Of a DNA stretch of 64,000 nucleotides, positions 1 to 9,992 are shown one piece after another. The notes beneath the pieces were generated by a model. It saw only the letters and a list, made by a program, of their open reading frames with translations. It was not told the origin of the DNA and searched no databases. The stretch is taken from positions 1,063,195 to 1,127,194 of the forward strand of contig CAVYJM010000006.1 in the NCBI GenBank assembly GCA_963768855.1, given 5' to 3'. The position numbers and the translations under genes are program-made. Within the stretch, counting starts at the first letter, position 1. Every line of letters begins with the position of its first letter. Source of the DNA: an uncultured Thermoplasmata archaeon. Its GTDB lineage: Archaea; Thermoplasmatota; Thermoplasmata; RBG-16-68-12.

Positions 1-505
1 CACCCCAAATCACTCGGCTAAACACATCGCGTCCTATGTCATCCGTTCCGAAGAGGTGAGCGGAAGAGGGTGGTTGGAGTTGCCCGAAGGCTATAGATGA
101 GGGGGAATAGGGCGCCAGCAACCATGGAACAAGAGCGAGGATTATGAAGAACAGCAAGACCGCGAGACCGAGAACAGCGGGCTTGTCTGCTCGAAAGCGT
201 CGCCAAAAGGCTCTAACCCGTTTGGCCGACTCAAGCAACCCAGGATGGCCCCTAAGCGCTTCCAAAGCTCGTCGCAAGTGATATCGTTTCATCGGATAAA
301 TCGTTTTCCAGGCTCAATGTCATGGAATCACGCTTTCGCCGACAGAGAGTTTTGTGCTCACTCGACGGAGATGTTCGGAATGGTGCCGTGCAACTGGCTC
401 TTTATGGAATTTCACCGAATCGCAATACAATCTATTCCGAGGTTTGGGGATGCCAAGTATTATCTAGCATTCAACCCTTTACCGAATAGGTTCGGAGGAC
501 GAAGG

Positions 506-2245
506 ATGCGGCTCTTGGTGATCGCTTTTGTCTTGGCAACCATTGTGGCGGGGTCGTTTGCTGGGGTTGTGTCCACGGGCGCGGTCAGAGCCCAGGGCGA
601 AAAAGTGCTCGTGATCGTGCAGCAGAACGACCCTGGGATATTCAACAACATCCTGGCGAACACGATTGGAGCACGATACGTGCACTACAATGTATGGCAG
701 GAGTTAGTGCACCTCAGCTATGACAGCCAGAACATAACGTACCAGCTCGCCAACAGTGTGAGCATATCTTCGGATGGGTTGAATTACACCTTCCATCTTC
801 GTCCGGGACTGAAATGGAGCGATGGCGTTGCGTTCACTGCGGACGATGTCAAGTACACGTTTGACGAGGCCTTCGCACTACCGACATGGGGTCTCGACTA
901 TCTCTTGGACGTCAACTCCACCCACGTGGATGACCCCTACAACATCAGTTTTGTTTTGAAGGGGGCTAATGCAGCATGGCTCCCGTATTTTGCCTTCGGA
1001 TCTGACCATGGTCTCAACATTCTCCCGAAGCACTTGTATGAGGGCACCAACATTTCGACGAACCCAAACAACTTCCATCCAATCTCGCTCGGCCCGTTCC
1101 TATTCGACTCGTACACCCCAGGTCAATCGATTACCCTCGCAGCAAACCCCAACTATTGGGGCGGCAAGCCTACTGTTGACAAGGTTCTCATCAAGATTCT
1201 GCCGTCCTCGGCTACCGCCCTGCAGGAGCTGCAGTCAGGCGACTTGATGTACGTCGGTTCATATGACAACTCTATCGCGTACTCACAAATCCCGCCGGTC
1301 GCTGCGACACCCAACATACGCGTCGATGGGGCGGAATGGCCTGTCGTCACCTTGATGCTCATGAACACCAAAGACGCAGCGGTTGGGAATGTAACACTGC
1401 GCCAAGCGATCGGATATGCCATTAATCGTACCGAACTCGCTACCAAGGCGTTCTACGACTATGCCTTCGCCATGAACGGGTTCTACCTCAACACCAAGTG
1501 GTATAACCCCGCGGCAGAGCTAGCCTACAACCCGACGAAGGCGACTCAGCTGCTAGACCAGCTCGGGTACCCACAGGGAACTTGTCGCGTCAACATTGAA
1601 CTCTCATACCACACCCTGTTTGGCATGGATGTTGAGGCTCAGGTGATAAAATCGCAGCTGGCCGAGGTGGGCATCTGCGCGACACTCTGGTCGGGAGACT
1701 ACGCAACTTGGTTCCAGAGAGTCCAGGTGGACGGCAATTACCAGATTGCACTACGCGCGTGCATGATCGGACCAGACCCTGACCTCTTCTGGCCATGGCT
1801 CAACCCGCTTCACCAGGGCGAGAGCGGCTCAACCTTCTTCAACAACACTGCAATGAACAACTTGTTCAGTCAGGCAAGACAAATCAACGACTTCGCCCAG
1901 CGGAAGTCGATGTACGACCAGGTCCAGCAGATTCTACATGACAATGTGCCGCTCCTCCTGCTCACGAACCTGCAGGACGTTAACCTGTGGCGGACCGACT
2001 TGGTGCGCAACATGGGGGCCGAAACGGGGACAAACAGATGGGATCTGGCCACGGCGGAATTGGTTACTACCGCAGCACCGAGCACTCTGGACCCATTCAT
2101 CGTCACCGGTGTCGTGATTGTTGTGATCGCCGCCGTGGGCGGAATTGTGTGGTGGCGAGTGAGCAAGGGCCGAGCCAGCAAAGCAAAGCTGAGAGAACCA
2201 CCCCGCGAACAGCAACCACCCCAAGGAGGGCCACCGGGAGGCTAG
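506..2245 (+). CDS. ABC transporter family-5 (peptide/nickel) substrate-binding protein with signal peptide and C-terminal TM anchor
   Basis: Motifs YTFHLRPGLKWSDG..FTADDVKYTF, GPF...Y.PGQ.I.L.ANPNYWGG, LRQAIGYAINR. ATG 506 follows GGAGG; the ORF-track extension from 245 is not protein-like. Confidence 0.92.
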   Translation: MRLLVIAFVLATIVAGSFAGVVSTGAVRAQGEKVLVIVQQNDPGIFNNILANTIGARYVHYNVWQELVHLSYDSQNITYQLANSVSISSDGLNYTFHLRPGLKWSDGVAFTADDVKYTFDEAFALPTWGLDYLLDVNSTHVDDPYNISFVLKGANAAWLPYFAFGSDHGLNILPKHLYEGTNISTNPNNFHPISLGPFLFDSYTPGQSITLAANPNYWGGKPTVDKVLIKILPSSATALQELQSGDLMYVGSYDNSIAYSQIPPVAATPNIRVDGAEWPVVTLMLMNTKDAAVGNVTLRQAIGYAINRTELATKAFYDYAFAMNGFYLNTKWYNPAAELAYNPTKATQLLDQLGYPQGTCRVNIELSYHTLFGMDVEAQVIKSQLAEVGICATLWSGDYATWFQRVQVDGNYQIALRACMIGPDPDLFWPWLNPLHQGESGSTFFNNTAMNNLFSQARQINDFAQRKSMYDQVQQILHDNVPLLLLTNLQDVNLWRTDLVRNMGAETGTNRWDLATAELVTTAAPSTLDPFIVTGVVIVVIAAVGGIVWWRVSKGRASKAKLREPPREQQPPQGGPPGG

Positions 2246-2291
2246 TCCGAGTCACCGCTTCCCTAGAGTACTTCCTGGAGCGCAGGCGGAT

Positions 2292-3269
2292 ATGCTACGC
2301 AGGTACCTAGTGACCCGGCTTTTGCAGATAGTACCCGTACTGTTCGCGATTGTCACTATCGACTTTCTCATTATACATCTGGTTCCAGGAGACCCGGCAA
2401 TCGCACTCGCTGGGCCCAACGCCAACCCTGACTTCATAGCAGCAATCCACCGGGAATTCGGTTTCGACAAACCGCTCTACGAACAGTACTTCATCTATAT
2501 TCTCAACCTCATGCAAGGCAACCTCGGTATCTCCGTTGCGCAGCACCGCCCAGTTCTCGACACGATCTTGGAGCGGCTTGGACCCACCCTGCTCCTCATG
2601 CTAACAGCCTGGTTCGTGTCGCTTGGCCTTGGAATCTACCTTGGGACGAAGTCTGGAATGAGACAAGGTTCTCTTTGGGACCGCTCAATGTCTCTTTTTG
2701 CGCTAACAATCTACTCAATCCCTGTCTTCTGGCTCTCCCTCATGACAGTGACGCTGCTCGCGCTTCGGTTTCCCGTCTTTCCAGTATCGGGAATGGTGGA
2801 CCTAAGATACCCTAGCCAAGGGATAGGTCTCGTTATTGACCTAGGTCGACACATGGTTCTTCCACTGATCAGCATGGTTGCATTCTACATGCCACAATTC
2901 TATCAGCTGACTCGTTCCGGCGTCGTCGAGACGCTCAATGAAGACTTCGTGACCACCCTTCGCGCGACAGGACTGAGGCAAACCCCCGTGTTCTCGCGCT
3001 ATGTCCTGAAGAACGCCTCTTTGCCAACGGTGACCCTGGCGGGGCTATGGTTGGGCTACGCCCTGACTGGCGCGGTACTTATCGAAGTGATTTTCGCCTG
3101 GCCTGGGCTCGGACGACTGCTGTTTGACTCGGCGCTGGCACGCGACTACCCAGTGCTCCTGGGTGTATTCATATTCGCCTCGGTCATGGTCGTTTTCGTG
3201 GCTTTGATTACAGACCTGCTGTATGTGTACCTGGATCCCCGGATGCGCTACGGCAAGGAGCAAGTTTGA
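2292..3269 (+). CDS. Peptide ABC permease, OppB/DppB type
   Basis: LVPGDPA, FGFDKPLYEQY, EAA-like loop TRSGVVETLNEDFVTTLRATGL, RDYPVLLG. Confidence 0.92.
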   Translation: MLRRYLVTRLLQIVPVLFAIVTIDFLIIHLVPGDPAIALAGPNANPDFIAAIHREFGFDKPLYEQYFIYILNLMQGNLGISVAQHRPVLDTILERLGPTLLLMLTAWFVSLGLGIYLGTKSGMRQGSLWDRSMSLFALTIYSIPVFWLSLMTVTLLALRFPVFPVSGMVDLRYPSQGIGLVIDLGRHMVLPLISMVAFYMPQFYQLTRSGVVETLNEDFVTTLRATGLRQTPVFSRYVLKNASLPTVTLAGLWLGYALTGAVLIEVIFAWPGLGRLLFDSALARDYPVLLGVFIFASVMVVFVALITDLLYVYLDPRMRYGKEQV

Positions 3270-3421
3270 GTCAGACTCTGGCCGCGCCCCGCTGATGATG
3301 CGGAGGTCAGCTGCCAAGCTGGACCAGTTCTCAGGTCATGTGCGGTTCGTGCTGCTGATTGAGTGCGGACCGTGTGTGCCCGCGGCTGGTGACCCGCTTG
3401 TCTCGAGGATCAAGTTGTGGT

Positions 3422-4459
3422 CTACCCTGCAATCGGCCCTATGGCAAGGTCCGGATGGACTATCTTCCCGTCCTTGACGACGCACTCATCGTCCAAGAAC
3501 ATGCTCTGCTTCATGAGCATGGTGTCCAGGTGCGACCTCGCCTTGTTCTTGCCTCCCAGACCGCGGAAGATGTTGGCACCGAGCGCGAAATTGATGCATC
3601 CCTCGATGCTCTCGACCTCCTGAGCCTGGTCGATACTCGCCCGCGGATCCCCCCCGAATCCTATGTGCGAAACAATGTAGCTATTGGGGTCTCCGAACGA
3701 GGCCAGCCAGTTCTCCATGCGTCTCGCGTCGGCACGTCCTTGGATTTCCATCGCTCGCCCCTTCTTGAGTTTGATGGCAAACTGGTCAGAAACGAGTATC
3801 TCCTGAGGCGTGGTCCACACAAAGTCGCCGGGTTCTACAACGAGCGTGCCTTCCACGGACCCTTCAATCGGTGCGCATGCGAATATAGAGGAGGGTGTGC
3901 TGTCCCACTCACCGGGTTTCCGGGCAATTCCATCCTGCCCCCAGCCATTTCGACCCTCGACGTTCGCAACCACGTTGGTGCCGTTGTCCGAAGTGATTCG
4001 AATCTGCTTCGCCTTCGTGAGCATTTTGGCCACACGCTGTGCCCGCTGGACCAGTGCCTCCGTGGGCGGCATCTTCACGAGGGTATGCTCAGTGGAAAGG
4101 ACCTGAAGGACTCTCCCCCCCGAGTCGAGGATCTCGTTGAGTCCATTGGTGTACAACCACTGCTCAGACGAGAGATCTGCAACCATCTTCGCACCTTTCA
4201 TCGCGAGCAGGGCGGGAGGACTCGGTTCCTGAAGCATCTTGTGCGGCGCAGGAATGGTCAGCATGAGCGGCTCCAAGTCCAGCGCCAGCGCCGCGCCAAA
4301 GAAACCCTCCACCAGAGCCGGGGACTTGCCTGTGTCGGTATATATCGCAAGCAGGTCACCCGGTCGCAGTTCACACAGACTTAGTATCTTCCGTATGCTT
4401 CGCAGTGCCTCCAATCTGTACAAACTCAAATCCTCACCCCGCGTCCAGACGTGGTCCAT
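3422..4459 (-). CDS. M29-fold protein, NicX (2,5-dihydroxypyridine dioxygenase)-like non-heme Fe enzyme or aminopeptidase-like
   Basis: ITSDNGTN, SHIGFGGDPRA, EG..NFALGAN...GG, C-terminal SHLD..LDDECVVKDG. Confidence 0.7.
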   Translation of the reverse strand: MDHVWTRGEDLSLYRLEALRSIRKILSLCELRPGDLLAIYTDTGKSPALVEGFFGAALALDLEPLMLTIPAPHKMLQEPSPPALLAMKGAKMVADLSSEQWLYTNGLNEILDSGGRVLQVLSTEHTLVKMPPTEALVQRAQRVAKMLTKAKQIRITSDNGTNVVANVEGRNGWGQDGIARKPGEWDSTPSSIFACAPIEGSVEGTLVVEPGDFVWTTPQEILVSDQFAIKLKKGRAMEIQGRADARRMENWLASFGDPNSYIVSHIGFGGDPRASIDQAQEVESIEGCINFALGANIFRGLGGKNKARSHLDTMLMKQSMFLDDECVVKDGKIVHPDLAIGPIAG

Positions 4460-4860
4460 TCAATGGCCGGTCTGTAGTCAGCGGGATGGGCAATCTGAGT
4501 CATAAGCCTTTCCAGAGGGGACCTTACCCCTGGGACTCCGCATCGGCCTCAGTGGCCGTTGAACCCGCATTACGGAAATGTGACTCGGCCGGGTCTGGCA
4601 GAAGTTACCCAGGTTTGGATACGCCTTTGCCTGCCGCTTCCCAGGTTTCACTAATGTTCGATCCGTTTCGACCTTGTGTTAAGTCCGAGTGTCGGTGCGG
4701 CAGTTTTATGTCGGTGCATAACCATATCGTATCGGAGGTCTGTGGGGTCCGGCACCTCCTCCAGGTTGTCCCTAACTCGTTAACCCACGCGGACTCCCGG
4801 CCTCCCTTCGCATGCCTGACCAGTACTGTTCTAGAGGAAGTCTGTGGAGTTGTCGAGGCG

Positions 4861-5503
4861 AAGAAGCTCAGCATCCTTGGAAGCGGGGACGTGGCACAGG
4901 CGCTTGGTCGCGTTTCGCTCGACATGGGCGGGAGGTGATGCTGGGCTCACGGACGCCGAACAGCAAGAGGCTGACGAGATGGGCTAGGACCTCTGGATGC
5001 AGAGCCCACACCGGCACACTAGACGAAGCCGTTGCATTCGGAGACGTCGTGCTTCTGGCGCTGCGTGGCACAGCTACGGTGGAAGTCGTCGGACGTCTCG
5101 TTCCTTCAGACCTCGTAGCAAGCTTGTGCTCGATGTGACGGACCCAATCGACTATTCGGCAGATCGCCCCTACGGTCTGTTTATTGGAAACACAGATTCC
5201 CCCGGCGAACGGGTGCAGCGCGCGCTCTCAAGCTCGTTCGTGGTGAAGTGCTTTAATGCGGTTAACAACAGCCAGATGATAGACCCTGAGTTTTCGGAGA
5301 CAACGCCTCCTATGTTTATCCGTGGCGACAGTGCTGGGGCGAAGAAGCGCACGGCGCCTATTCTGCGTGAGCTTGGTTCGCCGGCGGCGATCGACGTTGG
5401 CCATATCGAAGCGGCGCGGTGGCTTGAGACGCTCGTGCCTCTGTTCATTCGTGTCGGAACTCGGCTGCGAACCGTGCGCCAAGCATTCAAGGTCGTGACC
5501 TGA
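4861..5503 (+). pseudogene. F420-dependent NADP oxidoreductase (NpdG/Fno-like), two frameshifts
   Basis: Rossmann ILGSGDVAQALG, shift near 4911, then FARHGREVMLGSR...EAVAFGDVVLLA, shift near 5119, then KLVLDVTDP...VVKCFNAV...IDVGHIEAARWLE. Confidence 0.8.
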
Positions 5504-6288
5504 GACTGCGTCGGCGAACTTCCGACCGAATAGCCCCCACTTCAATGCACATGCGGGGGTTTCATCCGAGCTGGAAAGTCACAAACACCGGGGACACGTA
5601 CACGATGAAGAACGGCCAGGTGAGACGCAGGAGCACATCTGGCGCCTGCCCCGTCCTATTCCACCGAGATTCGACAGGGGCTGGTTCGCAATAGCAGCCG
5701 GAGCCGTTGTAGACTGTGAGTAGCATCCTAGCCCTAGCGTCACGTGGGCAGGCCACGACAATCGGATGCATATTTCAGGTCCCTGTGCACCGAGCAGGTT
5801 GCGTTCGTACGATGGTGTGCCGGATGGGCAGAGCGTGAGAGTTAACGGGCGAAGGCCTTTCGGCTCCGGTTCAGGGACGCATGATGGAGCCCCATCTGGG
5901 CATCCGCCTCGGATGAGCCCTAAGGGGCAGGCTGACGCCAGAGCACCCGAAAGATGGACGGGGCGGGGTCCTTGCAGAGCCTAGGGTACAGGGACAGGAG
6001 CCGATAGTCGAGCGCGGTTGCGGTCTCTAGATTCGCCGGAGATGCGCACCTACCCCTCCCTAAGAACGAATCCTGCCCCGGACGCTCTCAGAAAAGGCCG
6101 AGTGCCGATTCTGGAGTCAACGCTGTGAGTGGACCCTGACGGATCGGAACTGCCTTTCGATGGCAGATCGGGGTCGAAAAAGGGGAAGGGGGAGGCGATT
6201 GCCCGCCTCCATGATGGGACATACCGGGAGACGGACTCTTGGGCCGTTGCCTCCAATTGGACTCCGTCCACTCCTAGTGTGGTCGAAT

Positions 6289-6359
6289 CCGCACGACGGC
6301 GCTCTTCTCGGTGTCAGCGCTCCGCTCTCGTCGCCCCGAAGCGGCCGGAACGGCTATGC
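6289..6359 (+). repeat. ~70-bp leader repeat, copy A (hairpin plus promoter-like motif)
   Basis: CCGCACGACGGCGCT...CTCGT.GCCC...AGCGGCCGGAACGGCTATGC, shared with 7491-7560. Confidence 0.8.
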
Positions 6360-6371
6360 TAGGACGGGTCG

Positions 6372-7172
6372 ATGGCGATGAAGATGGGGCCTCGCGAGCG
6401 GGTCTCCTCCGTGGTCAGGACGGGTGCCATCCTCCTCCTCGGGGGTTTGGGCACCGTTCTGGACGTTCTCTTCGTCAGTTGCATCCCTCCCTGGATGTGC
6501 GTCCCGTTGCCTGCGGTGCCTATCGTCCTGCCCTTGTTCCCCTTCTTCGCCGGAGTCTTTCTTATTATCGCAGGTCTCTGGCGCGAAACGGAGGACGCAG
6601 AGAGACGCGAACGCACTGCGAGAGAGCGGCGCTCCGCGCTGACCGTTTCCGTGACGTTGCTCATCGCACTCACTCTCGTCGTGGCCTGGGGACTGGGGGC
6701 CTTCGGGCCGCCTTTCGGAAGCCAACCGGGTCCGTTCTGCGGTGTCATTGGCCCGGCCACCAACAAACCATTTGGGACCTTCTATCTCCCAAACGCGACG
6801 ACCTCGGCCGTGGAGATTGCGGTCGCCTCATGCATAGCCGAGGCGGTGTGCGCGGGATTCGCCTCTAGGCAACGCGACGCGTATCCGTGGCAGGAGCTTC
6901 CCAAAGGGGTTTCTTCGCCATGTGAAGATGAACAGCCACTCTCCCGTGTACTCGCACAAGTTGTCGAGGATTGCAAAGTACTCGTCATCGTCCACGATGT
7001 GGAACAAGAGATCCAAACAAAAGACAACCCTGCGTCGGACCTTGATGCGAACCGAAGCGGTCGCAGCAATGAACGCCCAAGTCGGTCGTCGCTGCCGATT
7101 TCGAACGAGGACCGAAGGCACGATGTCGATGCCCACATAGGATGCACAGTTGCGGCCCTCCCAAAAAGATAG
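6372..7172 (+). CDS. Membrane protein (3 hydrophobic segments); 3' part runs antisense into the methyltransferase gene and the true end is uncertain
   Basis: Hydrophobic stretches in the first ~115 aa; ATG 6384 lies 29 nt after the TATGC motif. Confidence 0.5.
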   Translation: MAMKMGPRERVSSVVRTGAILLLGGLGTVLDVLFVSCIPPWMCVPLPAVPIVLPLFPFFAGVFLIIAGLWRETEDAERRERTARERRSALTVSVTLLIALTLVVAWGLGAFGPPFGSQPGPFCGVIGPATNKPFGTFYLPNATTSAVEIAVASCIAEAVCAGFASRQRDAYPWQELPKGVSSPCEDEQPLSRVLAQVVEDCKVLVIVHDVEQEIQTKDNPASDLDANRSGRSNERPSRSSLPISNEDRRHDVDAHIGCTVAALPKR

Positions 7173-7337
7173 GTCACCACAACCCACGTCCAAGACCTCC
7201 TCGGGATCGCCAACATACCGGCGAATAATTCGCCACTTCCATTCGCGGATTCTGCCAATGCTCCCGGCTCCACTCGTCCCTCCGGTGGCATAGCGTTGTT
7301 CCCAGTATGTCGCCGCGCCTTCCGACGCAGGGGTCAT
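6828..7337 (-). CDS. Class I SAM-dependent methyltransferase, probably C-terminally truncated
   Basis: YWEQRY..GGTSGAGS, VLDVGCGD, YVGIDI, CLDLLFHIVDD. Confidence 0.75.
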   Translation of the reverse strand: MTPASEGAATYWEQRYATGGTSGAGSIGRIREWKWRIIRRYVGDPEEVLDVGCGDLSFWEGRNCASYVGIDIVPSVLVRNRQRRPTWAFIAATASVRIKVRRRVVFCLDLLFHIVDDDEYFAILDNLCEYTGEWLFIFTWRRNPFGKLLPRIRVALPRGESRAHRLGYA

Positions 7338-7490
7338 CGTCGGCGGGGAGGATTTACCCTGTCTATCAAGCTGTTGTCCGGCTCGGGGTGCGGGGTGATT
7401 TAGAATACCAGGGATCGGGCAGAATTTCGGCGGGCCTGGTCGGGTACCTGGTCTGGGGGTCAAGCTCGCCATCTCACATGGGAAAGCGAC

Positions 7491-7560
7491 CCGCACGACG
7501 GCGCTTTACTGAGTCGAAGCGGGCGCCTCGTGGCCCTCCGAGCGGCCGGAACGGCTATGC
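7491..7560 (+). repeat. ~70-bp leader repeat, copy B
   Basis: 15-bp and 20-bp blocks identical to copy A; CACGA/TCGTG and GGCGC/GCGCC stems. Confidence 0.8.
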
Positions 7561-7585
7561 GGGCACAGGATGATTGTGTCGCGGC

Positions 7586-7942
7586 ATGGACGAGGGCTGG
7601 AGGAATGCGCGGGCTCGCGCAATGAAGTACGCACGGCTGAAAGTGCACGTCCTCTTCGTGGGGGTTTACCTTGGGTTGGGCTTGTCATTTCTGCTCTCCT
7701 TCGACAACCCCCGCCCCGCGTTGATCACTTGGGCGGTCTCGTTCATTCCTTCTTTCGCGGCAATATACTACGTTTCTTCCGTTCGGGGATGGGACGTTCC
7801 CAGGGACTTCGTCTGTCCCGGATGCAAGCAATACATTCCTTTCGACTCTGAGTCGTGTTCCATGTGTGGGTACCGTCCTCCGTCCGCGCCAGACACCAGG
7901 GCTCCTCATATCACCGCTCGGAGGGTCCCGAAGTCCAAGTGA
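7586..7942 (+). CDS. Small 2-TM protein with C-terminal zinc ribbon
   Basis: Two hydrophobic helices followed by CPGC...CSMCG. Confidence 0.65.
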   Translation: MDEGWRNARARAMKYARLKVHVLFVGVYLGLGLSFLLSFDNPRPALITWAVSFIPSFAAIYYVSSVRGWDVPRDFVCPGCKQYIPFDSESCSMCGYRPPSAPDTRAPHITARRVPKSK

Positions 7943-8013
7943 TTCCTCTCGGCCAGGGTCAGCTGATGTTTTGTCGGAAGGACTATGCCGGGACCGAGCG
8001 ATGCCGCCCCCGA

Positions 8014-8264
8014 ATGAACACGGGCCAGGTTCCGGGACTCGCCCTCATTGTCGCAGGACTTGGTCTGTTCACTCTCGGATTCCTTACCCAGAGTTGCCCG
8101 CCGGGAGCCACCGGTCCCCCCTCATCTTGTCCGGGCTCTCGACTACGGGAGGCGCCCTCAACTGCACGCGACCGGCGTTCCCCTTCGTCTTGCTGTTCTG
8201 GTTGCCCGGTGCCGTCCTCGTGGTCCTCGGAGCTGTCTCCTATCACCGAGCCGACAAGAAGTGA
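8014..8264 (+). pseudogene. Small 2-TM membrane protein, frameshifted near 8135
   Basis: MNTGQVPGLALIVAGLGLFTLGF in one frame and PFVLLFWLPGAVLVVLGAV..KK* in another. Confidence 0.5.
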
Positions 8265-8324
8265 TTCGGGAGGGACTCTGAGAAGAGTGCCGCGCACCTC
8301 CTTGCCCACGATTGGCCGGGAGGC

Positions 8325-9848
8325 CTACCTCAGCGCCCCGACGACCTTCTCCACCGCGCCCAGCACTTCTCCGGATCGTGCGGCCTTCGTCAGGTCGTTG
8401 ATGTCGGAGTAGATCGGCCGGTCCTCTTCCAGCTTCGTCACGTGCTTCCGGATCACCTCGTAGGCCGCGTGGCATCCTTTGGAGGGCTTCGCGGGCGCTC
8501 GGAACTCAAAGGCCTGGGCCGCGGCCATCAGCTCGATCGCAACGATGGTCCAGGAATTCTCGAGGATCTGCCTCGACTTGATCGCCGAGGTCATCCCCAT
8601 GGAGACGAAGTCCTCCTGGTCGGCCGCGGCCGGGATGGAACCCGTGGCGGCAGGGTGGGACAGGATCCGGTTCTCGGAAACCAGGGCTCCGGCCGTGTAC
8701 TGGGAGAGCATGAGCCCCGAGAACATCCCCGCTCCCTTCGTCAGGAAGGCGGGCAGTCCCACCGAGAGGTGGGGGTTCATCAGGCGGTTCGTCCTCCGCT
8801 CGGAGAGGACGCCCACCGTCGTGACCACCATCCCAAGGACCTCCAGCGCGAAGGCCAGGGGCGTGCCCTGGAAGTTCGCGCCGGTGAGCACGAGCTCCTC
8901 GTCCGGGAAGAACGTGGGATTGTCGGCCGCGTGGTTGAGCTCGATCTCGAGCATGTGCCTCGTCCACACCAGGGCGTCCTTCGCAGCACCCACGACCTGG
9001 GGGCTGGACCTCAGGGAATACGCGTCCTGCACCTTCTTCCCGGGGCGCTTCAACAGCTCGGAGCCCTCCGTGATTCTCCGAACGTTCTCGGCGCAGGCTT
9101 GAGCGCCAGGATATCCTCGGACCTCGTGGACCCGGTGGTCGAAGGCCTGCATGTTCGCGTTGAGCGCCTCCAGCGTCATCGCCAAGGCGACCTCCTGGGT
9201 CTTGAGCCATCTCTCGGCGTCGACGAGCTGGATGCAACCCATGCCCGTGATGACGTTGGAGCCGTTGATCGCCGCGAGCCCGTCTCGTTCCTTGAACACG
9301 ATCGAGGAGAGCCCGGCGGCCTTCAGCGCCTCGGCGCCTGGCATCCGCTTGCCCTGGTGGAAGGCCTCTCCTTCACCCATGAGGACCAGGGCCATCTGGG
9401 CCATCGGGGCAAGGTCTCCGGAGGACCCGACCGATCCCTTCTGACACATGACGGGGTTCACGCCCCGGTTGAGCATCTCGATCATCAGGTCCACGAGTTC
9501 GTGGCGGATGCCCGAATGGCCCCAGCAGTGGGTGTTCAAGCGGGAGAGGATCGCCGCCCGCGTGTCCTCCTCGGCCATCGGCTCTCCGCAGCCCGCCGCG
9601 TGGGAGTAGACCAGGAAGCGCTGGTACTTCTCGACCTGTTCCGGACTGAGGACGACCTCGGACAGCTCGCCGATTCCGGTGTTCACGCCGTACATGATTT
9701 CCTTGGCAACGATCTTGCGCTCCAGGAGCGCGCGGCACCTGTTGATCCGGTCAACTGCGTCCTTGCTGATCGAGATCGGTTCCCCGCCCCGGGCCACTCT
9801 GACGACATCCTCGGCCTTGAGAGAATGCCCGTCCAACATGACGACCAT
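8325..9848 (-). CDS. hutH: Histidine ammonia-lyase (MIO enzyme, S-S-G triad)
   Basis: YGVNTGIG, LVYSHAAG, GSVGSSGDLAPMA, GLAAINGS, QDAYSLR, DNP, GANFQG, QEDFVSMG. Confidence 0.9.
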   Translation of the reverse strand: MVVMLDGHSLKAEDVVRVARGGEPISISKDAVDRINRCRALLERKIVAKEIMYGVNTGIGELSEVVLSPEQVEKYQRFLVYSHAAGCGEPMAEEDTRAAILSRLNTHCWGHSGIRHELVDLMIEMLNRGVNPVMCQKGSVGSSGDLAPMAQMALVLMGEGEAFHQGKRMPGAEALKAAGLSSIVFKERDGLAAINGSNVITGMGCIQLVDAERWLKTQEVALAMTLEALNANMQAFDHRVHEVRGYPGAQACAENVRRITEGSELLKRPGKKVQDAYSLRSSPQVVGAAKDALVWTRHMLEIELNHAADNPTFFPDEELVLTGANFQGTPLAFALEVLGMVVTTVGVLSERRTNRLMNPHLSVGLPAFLTKGAGMFSGLMLSQYTAGALVSENRILSHPAATGSIPAAADQEDFVSMGMTSAIKSRQILENSWTIVAIELMAAAQAFEFRAPAKPSKGCHAAYEVIRKHVTKLEEDRPIYSDINDLTKAARSGEVLGAVEKVVGALR

Positions 9849-9992
9849 GACGATAACCCTCCGCGGCTGTGGATTTTGGGCGGCCAACACGGAGCCCACC
9901 TAAGTACTTTCTCGGGGACGGGAACGCGGCCGAACAACGGCCTCATCGACCTCCACAGGGGGAACGCAGGAGCCTTTGCCGCCACGTGCTCC

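Noticed and set aside
245-505. 87-aa N-terminal extension of the substrate-binding protein
   Set aside because: A/T-rich promoter-like sequence; the signal peptide and GGAGG site mark ATG 506.
5504-6288. Possible genes or RNA in the 780-bp gap
   Set aside because: Short ORFs have no motifs or codon bias and I found no recognisable RNA structure; probably decayed DNA.
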